The translations under genes were made by a program, and so were the position numbers. A model generated the notes under the pieces. The model ran no database searches. It was not told where the DNA came from and saw only the letters and a list, made by a program, of their open reading frames with translations. A stretch of 64,000 bases of DNA from an uncultured Spirochaetota bacterium. Its GTDB lineage: Bacteria > Spirochaetota > Brevinematia > Brevinematales > JAOACQ01. Positions 53,963 through 63,977 of the stretch are shown here, piece by piece (within the stretch, counting starts at the first letter, position 1; each line of letters starts with the position of its first letter). The stretch lies in NCBI GenBank assembly GCA_963783575.1, contig CAWAOD010000011.1, positions 352,001 through 416,000 on the forward strand, given 5' to 3'.

Positions 53963-54721
53963 TTGCGAATATACACCATATCAGATTTACATGTTGACTA
54001 TCAGGAAAACTATGAATGGCTGGTCAATCTGTCAAATGATGATTATAAAAAAGACGTATTAATATTAGGCGGAGATTTAACGAATAATACTCATTTATTT
54101 TTTGAATCTTTCAAAATCATAAGAAATAAATTTCTTGAAGTAATTTATATTCCTGGGAATCATGATCTCTGGGTTATTGGGGATAATGTGAAGAATTCTT
54201 TTGAAAAACTAAAGCTTATTACTGGAATGGCTGCTGATTTTGGGATTATAATGACGCCATATTACCATGATCTTTATACAATCATTCCCATGTATAGCTG
54301 GTATGACTATACATTTGGGGATCCTTCATCAAATTTACTTAATATTTGGATGGATTTTAAAAATTGTATATGGCCGGAATCTATGGATTTAAAAGAAATC
54401 ACAGGAATATTTTTAGGCATGAATGATTTAAATTTAGAGAGGAAAAGTGGTTTTGTCATAACTTTTTCTCATTTCCTGCCAAGAATTGATTTGATGCCAT
54501 CCTATATACCTCGGCATTTACAAGAACTTTATCCGGTCCTTGGGACACATTTATTAATGAGGCAAATTAGCTATATAAAGCCAGATATTCATCTTTTTGG
54601 CCACAGTCATGTAAATACTGAAATAATAAAAGATGGTATTAAGTTTATTAATAATGCTTTTGGTTATCCTTCTGAGACTCGTATTGCAAGAAAACATTTG
54701 TTATGCATTTATGATGTATGA
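53963..54721 (+). CDS. Calcineurin-like metallophosphoesterase, PptH-like candidate
   Basis: ISDLH, GGD, PGNHDLW, SWYDYTF, FSHFLP, FGHSH; adjacent to a PPTase. Confidence 0.8.
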   Translation: MRIYTISDLHVDYQENYEWLVNLSNDDYKKDVLILGGDLTNNTHLFFESFKIIRNKFLEVIYIPGNHDLWVIGDNVKNSFEKLKLITGMAADFGIIMTPYYHDLYTIIPMYSWYDYTFGDPSSNLLNIWMDFKNCIWPESMDLKEITGIFLGMNDLNLERKSGFVITFSHFLPRIDLMPSYIPRHLQELYPVLGTHLLMRQISYIKPDIHLFGHSHVNTEIIKDGIKFINNAFGYPSETRIARKHLLCIYDV

Positions 54722-54813
54722 AGTATATCAATAATAAAAAATTCCTATTGTAATTTTACATAATTTTATTTTTGTACTAATATAAGTAATAAAAAATAAT
54801 ATATGAGTTTAAA

Positions 54814-55593
54814 ATGACAAATTATGAGGCATTTAATAATGCTGAGGAAACTATACGGATTGACAGAGAAAGTGTGCATATCTGGTTGGTGGATACAGAT
54901 AAACTAGAACACAATCAGAAAGTCTTATCTGATATTTTATCAATTGATGAAATAGAAAGAGTCAATAAGTTTGTTTTTGATAAGGATAAAAAACAACAGA
55001 TCATTTCACGCGGAATATTGAGATTGCTGTTAAGCCGGTATATTAATTTGGGTCCAGAATCTATCCGCTTTTCGACTATAAAAAAGGGGAAACCAATCTT
55101 AAATCATTCTGAGTATCAGAATATAAAATTCAATTTATCTCACTCTGGGAAGTACATTGTTTATGCAATCGCTGGAAACCGGGAAGTTGGAATTGATATC
55201 GAATATATGAAGGATATAAATGATTTTGATCAGATTATTGAGCGTTTTTCTTCAAAAAAGGAAGCAAAGGAATATTTAGAATTACCTATTGAGATAAGAA
55301 AAAGGGCTTTTTTTACATGGTGGACCCGGAAAGAGGCGTTTATTAAAGCTCTGGGGGAGGGTTTGTATATGCCTCTGGATCAATTTTCTGTATCACCTAA
55401 TCCAAATATTAAATCTACGATTGAAATTCATAATGGCAGCATTAACGGTGGACAATGGGTTTTAGAAGATGTTGACATTGAAGACAGCAATTATGTTTCA
55501 ACGATTGTATTCAATAATGAAAATAGTGATGAATTTTACGGTTATAAATTGCCGAAACTAAAAAAAATGAACATAAGAGATATCATAAATTAA
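54814..55593 (+). CDS. Sfp-type 4'-phosphopantetheinyl transferase
   Basis: GKP, FNLSHSG, VGIDIE, WTRKEAFIKALG.GL. Confidence 0.93.
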   Translation: MTNYEAFNNAEETIRIDRESVHIWLVDTDKLEHNQKVLSDILSIDEIERVNKFVFDKDKKQQIISRGILRLLLSRYINLGPESIRFSTIKKGKPILNHSEYQNIKFNLSHSGKYIVYAIAGNREVGIDIEYMKDINDFDQIIERFSSKKEAKEYLELPIEIRKRAFFTWWTRKEAFIKALGEGLYMPLDQFSVSPNPNIKSTIEIHNGSINGGQWVLEDVDIEDSNYVSTIVFNNENSDEFYGYKLPKLKKMNIRDIIN

Positions 55594-55646
55594 AGATAAT
55601 TTAAATAAATTACTGCCGAAATAATCAATTTATCAGAGGGTGTACT

Positions 55647-56291
55647 TTGGTTAAAGTATTAAAGCACTATTTTAATTATAGTTATATTATCTATGATCCG
55701 GAAACCGGAGATGCATTTTTAGTAGATCCTTCTTGGAATGCCGAGAATATTGATAATAATCTTTCCGGTTTAACGCTTTGTGGAATATTATTAACTCATC
55801 ATCATTATGATCATGTTAATTTGGTGAATCAAATAATCGCTAGACGGGATGTGCCAGTTTTTATATCCAAAGATGAAGCGGAGTACTATCATTTTAAATG
55901 CAATAATTTAACCACCCTGATAGATGGTGAAAATATTTCTCTTGGAAATATAAATGTAAAATCAATACTCACACCGGGGCACACAAAAGGCGGTATGTGT
56001 TATCAGATTGGAAATGATTTGTTTACCGGAGATACTTTGTTTATTGAAGGTTGCGGTATTTGTCAATTTGATGGTGGAAATCCCTATGAAATGTTTGAAA
56101 GCATTAAAAAATTAACGAACTTGATTCCTAAAGAAAATTTGGTATATCCAGGCCATTCCTATGGAAAACCACCTGGTATTATATTTAAATATGTTTTGGA
56201 AAATAACATTTATTTCCATTTCGAAGATAGTGAGAAATTTGTTAATTTTAGGATGAGAAAGAACCAAAAGAATCTTTTTAAATTCATATGA
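55647..56291 (+). CDS. Glyoxalase II-type MBL hydrolase, PksB/BaeB-like
   Basis: NYSYII, THHHYDH, TPGHTKG, FTGDTLFIEGCG.C, YPGHSYG, C-terminal NIYF...F..FRMRK.Q..LF.F, which I recall from PksB/BaeB. Confidence 0.75.
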   Translation: MVKVLKHYFNYSYIIYDPETGDAFLVDPSWNAENIDNNLSGLTLCGILLTHHHYDHVNLVNQIIARRDVPVFISKDEAEYYHFKCNNLTTLIDGENISLGNINVKSILTPGHTKGGMCYQIGNDLFTGDTLFIEGCGICQFDGGNPYEMFESIKKLTNLIPKENLVYPGHSYGKPPGIIFKYVLENNIYFHFEDSEKFVNFRMRKNQKNLFKFI

Positions 56292-56354
56292 GCAGAATCC
56301 TTTCCTTAACTAAATGCGGAAATTTGAAAGCATATATTGATGATTTTAAAAAAA

Positions 56355-57227
56355 TTAATGTCCGGAAATCGAAATCTGATTATTTACATTTGAAATTTCA
56401 TCAAGTAATAACGAGAATCCCATACTTTGAAATTTCACTATAAGTTTCCTGTCGGAATCCTCAATCCAGAAGAAGGTGTCCTTTGATATCGAATCCATCA
56501 GCTTGCTCAGAAAAGGGTCTGCGGCCATCAAGGTAATTTTTATAGTATTAAAAGTTCCCGCATTTGACTTGATTTTTTCTTTCCCGATGATCCTGTAATA
56601 GACGGGGAGCGGCTCCTTTAATAATTCCGGCATCACATAAAATAAAATTCCCGGTCTGGATATGTCCATAAACCTTGGCCCGAAAAAACTTCCCGAAATC
56701 ATATCCCAGACAGGGTAGCCGGGCTTTAGATTTATTTTATCTTTTCTGGATTTGACTTCATAACCATCCCACAACTTGTTTTCAGCCTCAAAAACATGGT
56801 CTTCCGTATTTACCAGGTAATGCCAGTAGAACATTTCGTTAAAAGTAGAAGGTTCTCTATCTTTGTTTCTGTTTGTACTGTAAGTTCCTTCCGATTCTTC
56901 AAGAGAGCCTTCTTTCATGGATACCGTATAATGTACTTTAAAATTAGTATAATACAATGGTAATTGTTCATTATTGGTCAAAATAATTCCCTGCTGATAT
57001 ATTAACGCGGACATTCCTCTATTTGTGATGATTCTTGTTACAAAGAAAATATCCTTGTTTTTTTCTCCACCGATTGTTTGTTTATAGTGAAGGAATTCGC
57101 CGTCATTTATTGAAAGATTTGACGAAGGTTTCAACGGTACAAAAGCCTGCTTTCCGCTCATCGGGTAAACCAGAGTAAAATTGAAAATAAGAATTACGGC
57201 CGGGATAATAAAAAAATACTTCCTCAT
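56355..57227 (-). CDS. Exported DUF3108-like paralog 2 (intact)
   Basis: Signal peptide; DGEFLHY, KPGYPVWD, AGTFNTIK, ADPFL.KL, FWIEDSDR.LIVK. Confidence 0.65.
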   Translation of the reverse strand: MRKYFFIIPAVILIFNFTLVYPMSGKQAFVPLKPSSNLSINDGEFLHYKQTIGGEKNKDIFFVTRIITNRGMSALIYQQGIILTNNEQLPLYYTNFKVHYTVSMKEGSLEESEGTYSTNRNKDREPSTFNEMFYWHYLVNTEDHVFEAENKLWDGYEVKSRKDKINLKPGYPVWDMISGSFFGPRFMDISRPGILFYVMPELLKEPLPVYYRIIGKEKIKSNAGTFNTIKITLMAADPFLSKLMDSISKDTFFWIEDSDRKLIVKFQSMGFSLLLDEISNVNNQISISGH

Positions 57228-58067
57228 ATCAGCTCCTTAAGATAAAACATTGTATTATATGATTGAATTTTAACTATCAGATGCCTTTTAGAGTTTTCGA
57301 TCCAGAAATTGGTGTCTTTCAAAATTGATTCCATGAATTTTGAAAGAAATGGATACGGCTGCCAGGAACCCGACCTTTTGCACTTTGAATCTGCCGGCTT
57401 TTATATTTATTGTTTCGCTGTTCAAAAAGCGATAAATTACAGGCAGCGGCTCTTTAATGATTTCCGGAACTATATAATATGTAATTCCGGGGCTTTTGAA
57501 ATCAAGAACCCTGGGTGCGAAGAAAATCGCTGTAGTTATGTCCCAGATCGGGAAACCAGGCTTAAATTTTATTTCATTCTTTTTTGTTTTTAGCGCATAA
57601 CCGTTCCAGATATTATTCAAGTAATCGGTTTTGTTTAGATTTTCATCCATTTTGTAATGCCAGTAAACCTCGCCGTTAAAGCCGCTTGGAACATTTTCAC
57701 CATAATCGTTGGTTCTGTACTCGCCTGTTGATTCCAGAAGCGAGGCTTTATCCAGCGATACAATGTAATAGCTCGTATAATTTGAATAATTCTCCGGGAT
57801 TACCTTTGGTTTATGAATATTGCTGCCTTCCATATAAATCCTGGTGTATTTACCTTTTCCTTTTATATTTTCAATCCTTGTAACAAAATTTACATCCGTA
57901 ATTTTCTCGCCGCCGTTATATTTCCCATAGTGCAGAAATTCACCGTCTGATATTGACAGGTTTTCAGAAGGTTTTAAAGGTATATATGATACCTTGCCAA
58001 TCATTGAGAAAGAAAAACCAGTCATTATTGTTAATAAAGAAATTGTAAGAATTATTTTTTGAAGCAT
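57224..58067 (-). pseudogene. Exported DUF3108-like paralog 3, frameshift near the 3' end
   Basis: Shifted frame continues FWIENSKRHLIVKIQ...ELI*, with the stop overlapping the next ATG. Confidence 0.65.
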
Positions 58068-58095
58068 AAGTCCTCCAAAATAGTGACATCGAATC

Positions 58096-58955
58096 TCAAT
58101 TCCTGATTGCGGATATACCTGAGAGCAGTGTAATGGATCCGAATACCTGCATTTTAATAAGAAGACGGCGGTCCGAATCTTCCATCCAGAAAAAACATCT
58201 CTTTAGAGTATGGTTCAAGTAATTTGCCTAAAAAAGGATCGGCTGATTTCAGGCTCAATTTTGTTGTCTTGAATTCCCCGGCAGGCGTTTTTAAAGTTTC
58301 TTGTCCCATTATCTTATACATAACCGGTATCGGCTCTTTTACTATCTCAGGCACTGCAAAATAGAAAAATCCGGGTCCTTTAAAATTCATAAAACGTGCA
58401 GCCAGGAAAGTTCCGGACATCATATCCCAGACAGGGAAACCCTGTTTGATTTTAATTTGATCTTTCCTGATTTTTATCTGAAACCCGTCCCATGACTTTG
58501 TTTCAAGATTTAAAGCGCTGTTTTCCCGGTCGATCCAATAATGCCAGTAATAGGAATTATTAAATCCGGACGGCTCATTTTCAATATTCCGGTTTGTTCC
58601 GAAATAAATTTCCGACTCAATCAGGGTTGCACTGTCTAAAGAAATTATATAGCAGGAAGTATAATTTGAATAATTCGAAGGCATTTTTTTCCCCGCTGCC
58701 AGGTTCTATTCCCTCTTCATATATTTTAATGATACGGCCGCTAATATTATTAACCTGAAATTTTGCTACAAAGTTTATATCAAGCGATTTTGATCCTCCG
58801 TCAAATTTCTCGTAATGAAGCATCTCACTGTTTTCAATTCTTAAAGATTCCGCCGGTTTTATCGGAATATTTTCCGGTCTGCCTGCCAGCGGATAAATGG
58901 TGCAATAAAAGTGAATTAAAAATAATAATATAAAAAGTATTATTGAATATTTCAT
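58096..58955 (-). pseudogene. Exported DUF3108-like paralog 4, two apparent frameshifts
   Basis: ORFs 58617-58955 and 58154-58684 join; shifted tail FWMEDSDRRLLIKMQ. Confidence 0.65.
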
Positions 58956-58968
58956 TTATTCCCTCAAA

Positions 58969-59821
58969 TCAGTCTTTCCATTGAGATACTTCATCCAGAA
59001 TATTAATATCATGTCCGAACTGCATTTTTACAATCAAACCTCTGGGGGAATCCTCAATCCAAAATAATAGAATTCCAGCAAACGGACTCAAAAGTTTTCC
59101 GAGGAAGGGATTTGAAATTCCAAAGCCGACTTTTATGGTTTTAAAAACACCTGCCCTGGTTTCTATGGTTTCCCCGCCTAAAATTTTAAAATAAGCGGGT
59201 ATGGGATCCTTCACATACATAGGTTCGATTATGTAAAAGATGCCCCCGCTATTCAAATCAATTGTCCTGGCACCTATTGATTCAAGGGAGTCGATATCCC
59301 AGACCGAAAATCCCTTCTCCAGTTTCTGCTTGTTCAAAACCGTCCTCCTGTCATTTTTACTGATAAACTGCATTTCGATTAATGCAAGATTTTTATCATG
59401 CGTCAAATTTCATATCCAATATGGACGGGATTTTAACATTCATATTTTGCGTATCCAGATTAGAAGTGTTATAATAAATTTCATTGATTGAATTATGTGT
59501 CATTGAATAAATTATATATCCCTGGTAATTTGAATAATTTGAGGGAATTTTCATTTCATCTCCAGCTTTTACTATTTCGCTGTATTCTAAAATTTCATGA
59601 CTGTTTTTGTTAACAATTGTAACAAGATACATTGTATGGGTTTTTTCTCCATCGACAAACCTTGAATATTTAAGGAATTCTTTATCCTGTATCTCTACCT
59701 GTTTCGGTTTAACTGGAACTTTTTCCATTTTGCCCATGGAAAACAAATGTCCCTGAATCAATATTAAACTTATAGAAACAAGAAATACTTGTATATAAGT
59801 CTTTCTTTCTTTACCGCTCAT
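58969..59821 (-). pseudogene. Exported DUF3108-like paralog 5, one apparent frameshift near 59400
   Basis: DKEFLKY and PSNYSNY in the 5' ORF; KGFSVWD, TRAGVFKT.K, FWIEDSPR in the 3' ORF. Confidence 0.65.
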
Positions 59822-60077
59822 AAATAATACCCCACTATTATTTTTATATTAATAATATGACTCATATTTGATCAAATAACAATAGGACTGAGGCCTCATT
59901 TTGGTAGGAATGAGGACTTAAAGTGTATTACCGGAAGGCAATAGGGATTGCCGCAGGATTATCGCAGAACCGGAATATCGGATATAAAAGTCAAAATCAA
60001 TTATCTATAGAACAGGAGAATAAATCCAATGCCTGAATATAAAGTTTCGATAATAATGCCGGCTTACAATCGTGGTT

Positions 60078-60938
60078 TCATATTAAAGTATTCGGCAGGA
60101 AGCCTTTTAAACCAGGCCCCGAAGAATCCTTTCGATAGAGATCAATTATTTCTGTGTGTGAAATTCCTCCGCCTCCAGGATTGCCGCTTATAAATCCCTT
60201 GAAATTTCCCCAGACACATGAATTGGTCGGTACAATTCCATCACTTTTACCTTCATTTGATAAGATAATATTATATGGAATTTCGAAAAGGATATCATGA
60301 AGAGGATCAGTCATCATTGCTCCGCAACTCTGATAATAAACAGAAGAAATATCAGTAATTGTAGAATTAAAATTACTCATATTTTTTGGTGTGAGTTCAA
60401 GTGCTGCAATATAGCTTTCCGGTTTCATGTCACCTATAATCTCTGCGTAATAATTTAATAAGTCGGCAGCTGGTATTTTATATTTATCCACAGTTGATAT
60501 TGCAAAATCAGCGAAACTGCTTCCCCAATGCGGAGTTGCTATGGTTGTAAGACTAGCGACACATTTTCCCTTATCCAGCTTAGTGATAAGGTACCGGGCT
60601 TCAATTCCACCTTTTGAATGAGCAATAATATTGATTTTTTCTGCGCCGGTTTCGGCAAGAATAGTTTGGATACGGCTGTATAAATGGCTGGCATTAATTT
60701 CAATTGGCTGAAAAGCATCCTGCCCGCTTAAATATACTATAGCCCCTTCAACCCGAAGTCTGGTTGGGATTCTTCCCCAATATGGCAGAATTTTATTATC
60801 ATCCCAATAACCGAATCCATGCACAAGCAATATTGGATACCTGGTTTTGCATGAATCGTTTTTATTTACTCTTACCGTATTTAAATATGAACAAGACGCT
60901 ATGATAATTGAAAAAATTATAATTATATTAATCTTCAT
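60078..60938 (-). CDS. Lipase/esterase (alpha/beta hydrolase) lipoprotein; 3' end uncertain
   Basis: Lipobox IASC; YPILLVHG, AHSKGG nucleophile elbow, TIATPH.GS, SDGIVP, catalytic His in ISH.EII. Confidence 0.88.
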   Translation of the reverse strand: MKINIIIIFSIIIASCSYLNTVRVNKNDSCKTRYPILLVHGFGYWDDNKILPYWGRIPTRLRVEGAIVYLSGQDAFQPIEINASHLYSRIQTILAETGAEKINIIAHSKGGIEARYLITKLDKGKCVASLTTIATPHWGSSFADFAISTVDKYKIPAADLLNYYAEIIGDMKPESYIAALELTPKNMSNFNSTITDISSVYYQSCGAMMTDPLHDILFEIPYNIILSNEGKSDGIVPTNSCVWGNFKGFISGNPGGGGISHTEIIDLYRKDSSGPGLKGFLPNTLI

Positions 60939-60997
60939 TTGAATCCTTCTATTGATTTTTTCAGATCAGTTTACTTTATTTTATTCAGTTATTCAAT

Positions 60998-61025
60998 ATG
61001 CAAACGGATACATGCAAACGAATAC
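60998..61025. repeat. 14-bp tandem direct repeat between the divergent lipase and SDR genes
   Basis: ATGCAAACGGATAC ATGCAAACGAATAC. Confidence 0.8.
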
Positions 61026-61047
61026 ATTTTACATTTCATATTCATTC

Positions 61048-61076
61048 TTGACAAAGATCAGTGAGGTAAATAAAAT
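61048..61076 (+). promoter_or_regulatory. sigma70 promoter for the SDR genes
   Basis: TTGACA-17 bp-TAAAAT. Confidence 0.7.
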
Positions 61077-61196
61077 TTATTTAAGGATTTGAGCCCGAAG
61101 GGGTAGACGATTTAAGATAATTTTAAATATTATAGATAGTTATAATTTTGAAAAGAAAGATTTTGATAATTCGAAATCAAGAAACAGGAGGGATCT

Positions 61197-62036
61197 ATGG
61201 CAACATTTAAACCAAAAAACATTGTAATAACCGGTGGAACTCGCGGAATAGGGTTTTGTATGGCTAATGAGTTTCTAAGGCATGGGAATAATGTGACAAT
61301 TTCGGGAACCAGTGTTGAAACACTGAAAAATGCTTTGAGTAAATTTGAAGAATATGGTAACAGGGTTCAGGGTACAATCTGTAATGTAACCAAATTTGAG
61401 GATGTTAAAAGGTTTTGGGATTTTGCGGTTGAGAAATGGGGGATTGTTGACATTTGGATTAACAATGCAGGAATTAACCAGCCTTATTGCGCAATCTGGG
61501 ATTTATCCGAAAACCGGGCTGAGGAGATAATCGCCACAAATATTACTGGAATGATTTATGGTTCGCAGGTCGCTATGCGAGCTATGATTGTCCAGGGGCA
61601 TGGAGCTATTTATGACATGGAGGGTTTGGGGAGCAATGGCGGACATATGAATAATCTAAACGTTTACGGAACAAGCAAATGCGCTTTAAGATATTTTACC
61701 AGGGGTATGATAGGAGAAGCGAAACCTTACAACGTTATTGTCGGTACTTTAAGTCCGGGGATGATGGTTACGGATTTTGTCGTTAAGCCATTGATGCAGG
61801 ATAAAGCAAGATTTGAGAAATCTAAAAAAATGATAAATTTGATAGCCGATAAACCTGAAAAAGTTGCGGTATTCCTTGTTAAAAAAATGCTGGCAAACAA
61901 AAAAAACGGCGCACATTTTGCATGGTTTACTACTGCCAGGTTTTTCGGCCGGATGATTAAATCAATCTTTGTAAAACGTGATCTTTTTTCAAGCGTGACC
62001 TGTCTGCCGCCAGGCAGGCCGATTGACCATTACTGA
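61197..62036 (+). CDS. Short-chain dehydrogenase/reductase
   Basis: TGGTRGIG, WINNAG, YGTSK, LSPGM..TD. Confidence 0.92.
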   Translation: MATFKPKNIVITGGTRGIGFCMANEFLRHGNNVTISGTSVETLKNALSKFEEYGNRVQGTICNVTKFEDVKRFWDFAVEKWGIVDIWINNAGINQPYCAIWDLSENRAEEIIATNITGMIYGSQVAMRAMIVQGHGAIYDMEGLGSNGGHMNNLNVYGTSKCALRYFTRGMIGEAKPYNVIVGTLSPGMMVTDFVVKPLMQDKARFEKSKKMINLIADKPEKVAVFLVKKMLANKKNGAHFAWFTTARFFGRMIKSIFVKRDLFSSVTCLPPGRPIDHY

Positions 62037-62215
62037 ATAATCAATAAAACATTTTAAATCAAAATTATAATTAATAATAAAATATGGATGCGTACCGGAT
62101 AAAATTGATTTATCTTTTATTTATAATTATATTTTGAAAAAGGGAATACATATATTTTTTACTCATTCGGAGTGGTAAAATGACAAAAGTTTTACCTGCC
62201 TGGTGGCAGACAGGT
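61998..62215. repeat. Two inverted copies of a 21-bp palindromic REP-like unit
   Basis: ACCTGTCTGCCGCCAGGCAGG (61998-62018) vs reverse complement of 62195-62215, ACCTGTCTGCCACCAGGCAGG: 20/21 identical. Confidence 0.85.
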
Positions 62216-62229
62216 GAAGGAGGATTGAC

Positions 62230-63048
62230 ATGGCAGAATCAAGGGTTGTGCTCATTACAGGGTGCTCGACCGGGATCGGGCGTGATCTGGCTGGCCGGAT
62301 GACCGACGCCGGATACAAAGTGGCGGCAACAGCAAGGAATTCTAAAATGCTTGAAAATGTAAACGCGTTAATGAAAGTGCCTCTCGATGTAACAAGCGAC
62401 AAATCTGTCATCAAGGCTATTGACAGTGTGATAAAGACTTTCGGACGTCTTGATATTCTTGTCAACAATGCGGGTTATGCAGTACGGGGCGCAATAGAGG
62501 AATTAACGGATGAGGCTATGAAATCAATGTACGACGTCAATGTTTTCGGCCTTGTACGCCTTATGAGAGCCGTTGCCCCATTGATGAGGAAGCAAGGCCG
62601 GGGGAGCATCATAAACATAAGTTCCATTGTCGGGAGACTATCAATGCCGGTTAACGGTGGTTATTCGTCTACCAAGTTCGCTGTAGAAGCCCTCAGTGAT
62701 GCAGCGCGACATGAACTCAGACCTTATGGCGTTGATGTGATTCTTATAGAACCAGGTAGTATCAGTTCTCATTTTCATGAAACCGCAGAATCTGTCTCGG
62801 AAAAGATATTGCAAAATCCGGAATCTCCATACAGGAATCTGTACAAAAGAATGGAAGATTTTACCGTTGCTCAGCGAAGCAGAGATCCGGAGGTTGTTTC
62901 CCGGACAGTGCTTAAAGCCCTTACGGCCCGAAAGCCAAAACCAAGATACCTTGCTGGAGCCCCGGCGGGAGTTAAGTTATTGTTTTATATAAATGGCCGT
63001 CTGCGCGATAAAATTTTTGATATAGCGCTGAAAAATACTAAGTCATAA
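62230..63048 (+). CDS. Short-chain dehydrogenase/reductase
   Basis: TGCSTGIG, LVNNAG, NISS, YSSTK, IEPG. Confidence 0.92.
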   Translation: MAESRVVLITGCSTGIGRDLAGRMTDAGYKVAATARNSKMLENVNALMKVPLDVTSDKSVIKAIDSVIKTFGRLDILVNNAGYAVRGAIEELTDEAMKSMYDVNVFGLVRLMRAVAPLMRKQGRGSIINISSIVGRLSMPVNGGYSSTKFAVEALSDAARHELRPYGVDVILIEPGSISSHFHETAESVSEKILQNPESPYRNLYKRMEDFTVAQRSRDPEVVSRTVLKALTARKPKPRYLAGAPAGVKLLFYINGRLRDKIFDIALKNTKS

Positions 63049-63059
63049 ATATGCAGGCC

Positions 63060-63977
63060 CTATGACTGATTCTTAACCTGGAACGCGAGTTCAATCCTGT
63101 TCTTTGCCCCTGTTTTTTGGTAGATATTATAAACATGATTTTTAACAGTTTTAAGTGAGATGAATAATTTTTGGGCTATCTCCTGGTTGGATTTACCCTG
63201 AATCATAATAAAAAGAATTTCCCTCTCCCTGGCCGTAAAATTATGTTTTTTCAGAAAAATCTCATTGGGTTTGATATCGATAAGATTTGAAGGTTCGAAT
63301 TTAAAAAAACGAAATGCATAGATAATAAAGAGTATGTTCCAAAGTGTATAGAACAGGATATTCCACCAGAACCTGATTGAATAAAATGAAGACATATAAA
63401 TTTTAATGGCAAAAATAGAAGTATCGAGGAAAACGAATAAAAGAAATGAGATTATCATTATTATTACTTTTTTTATTTCGTAATCCTTAATTTTTCTGAA
63501 GTAAAAAACGGTAATACCAAGCGAATAGAGTAAAAGTAAAATAAAAAGAATATCCTGGGCGGGAAGAACGGAAAAATAAACCGGTTCATTATTTGATATT
63601 AATTTTAATATATATGGGAAAAACCGGATAAAAAGCGCAATGACGGCTATAATGCCGCATATGATATTTCCTGTGGTTTTGTACGGGACGGACAGAATGC
63701 CATGAAGAAGAATGGGAAATAAAAAGATGATCAGGTAGGATAAGTCAACGCTTAGAGTGAATAGAAAAAGCTGTAAAGTCGTTTCAAAAATAACATTAAC
63801 CTTGAAATAAAGAAGAAAATTATACAGAAGAATTTTTATCATTATGATAAAAAAGAAAAAAATAAAGTATTTTAAAATAGGCTTTTTTGTCCTGAAATAA
63901 AACCCTATTGAAGTAATAAATGAGAATAAGGCCGTCATAAAAGACATAAAGAAAAGGAATACCATGAAATGTTCCAT
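63060..63977 (-). CDS. Membrane-anchored LuxR-family transcriptional regulator
   Basis: About 7 N-terminal TMs; FTAREREI...GKSNQEIAQKLFISLKTVKNHVYNIYQK HTH. Confidence 0.9.
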   Translation of the reverse strand: MEHFMVFLFFMSFMTALFSFITSIGFYFRTKKPILKYFIFFFFIIMIKILLYNFLLYFKVNVIFETTLQLFLFTLSVDLSYLIIFLFPILLHGILSVPYKTTGNIICGIIAVIALFIRFFPYILKLISNNEPVYFSVLPAQDILFILLLLYSLGITVFYFRKIKDYEIKKVIIMIISFLLFVFLDTSIFAIKIYMSSFYSIRFWWNILFYTLWNILFIIYAFRFFKFEPSNLIDIKPNEIFLKKHNFTAREREILFIMIQGKSNQEIAQKLFISLKTVKNHVYNIYQKTGAKNRIELAFQVKNQS

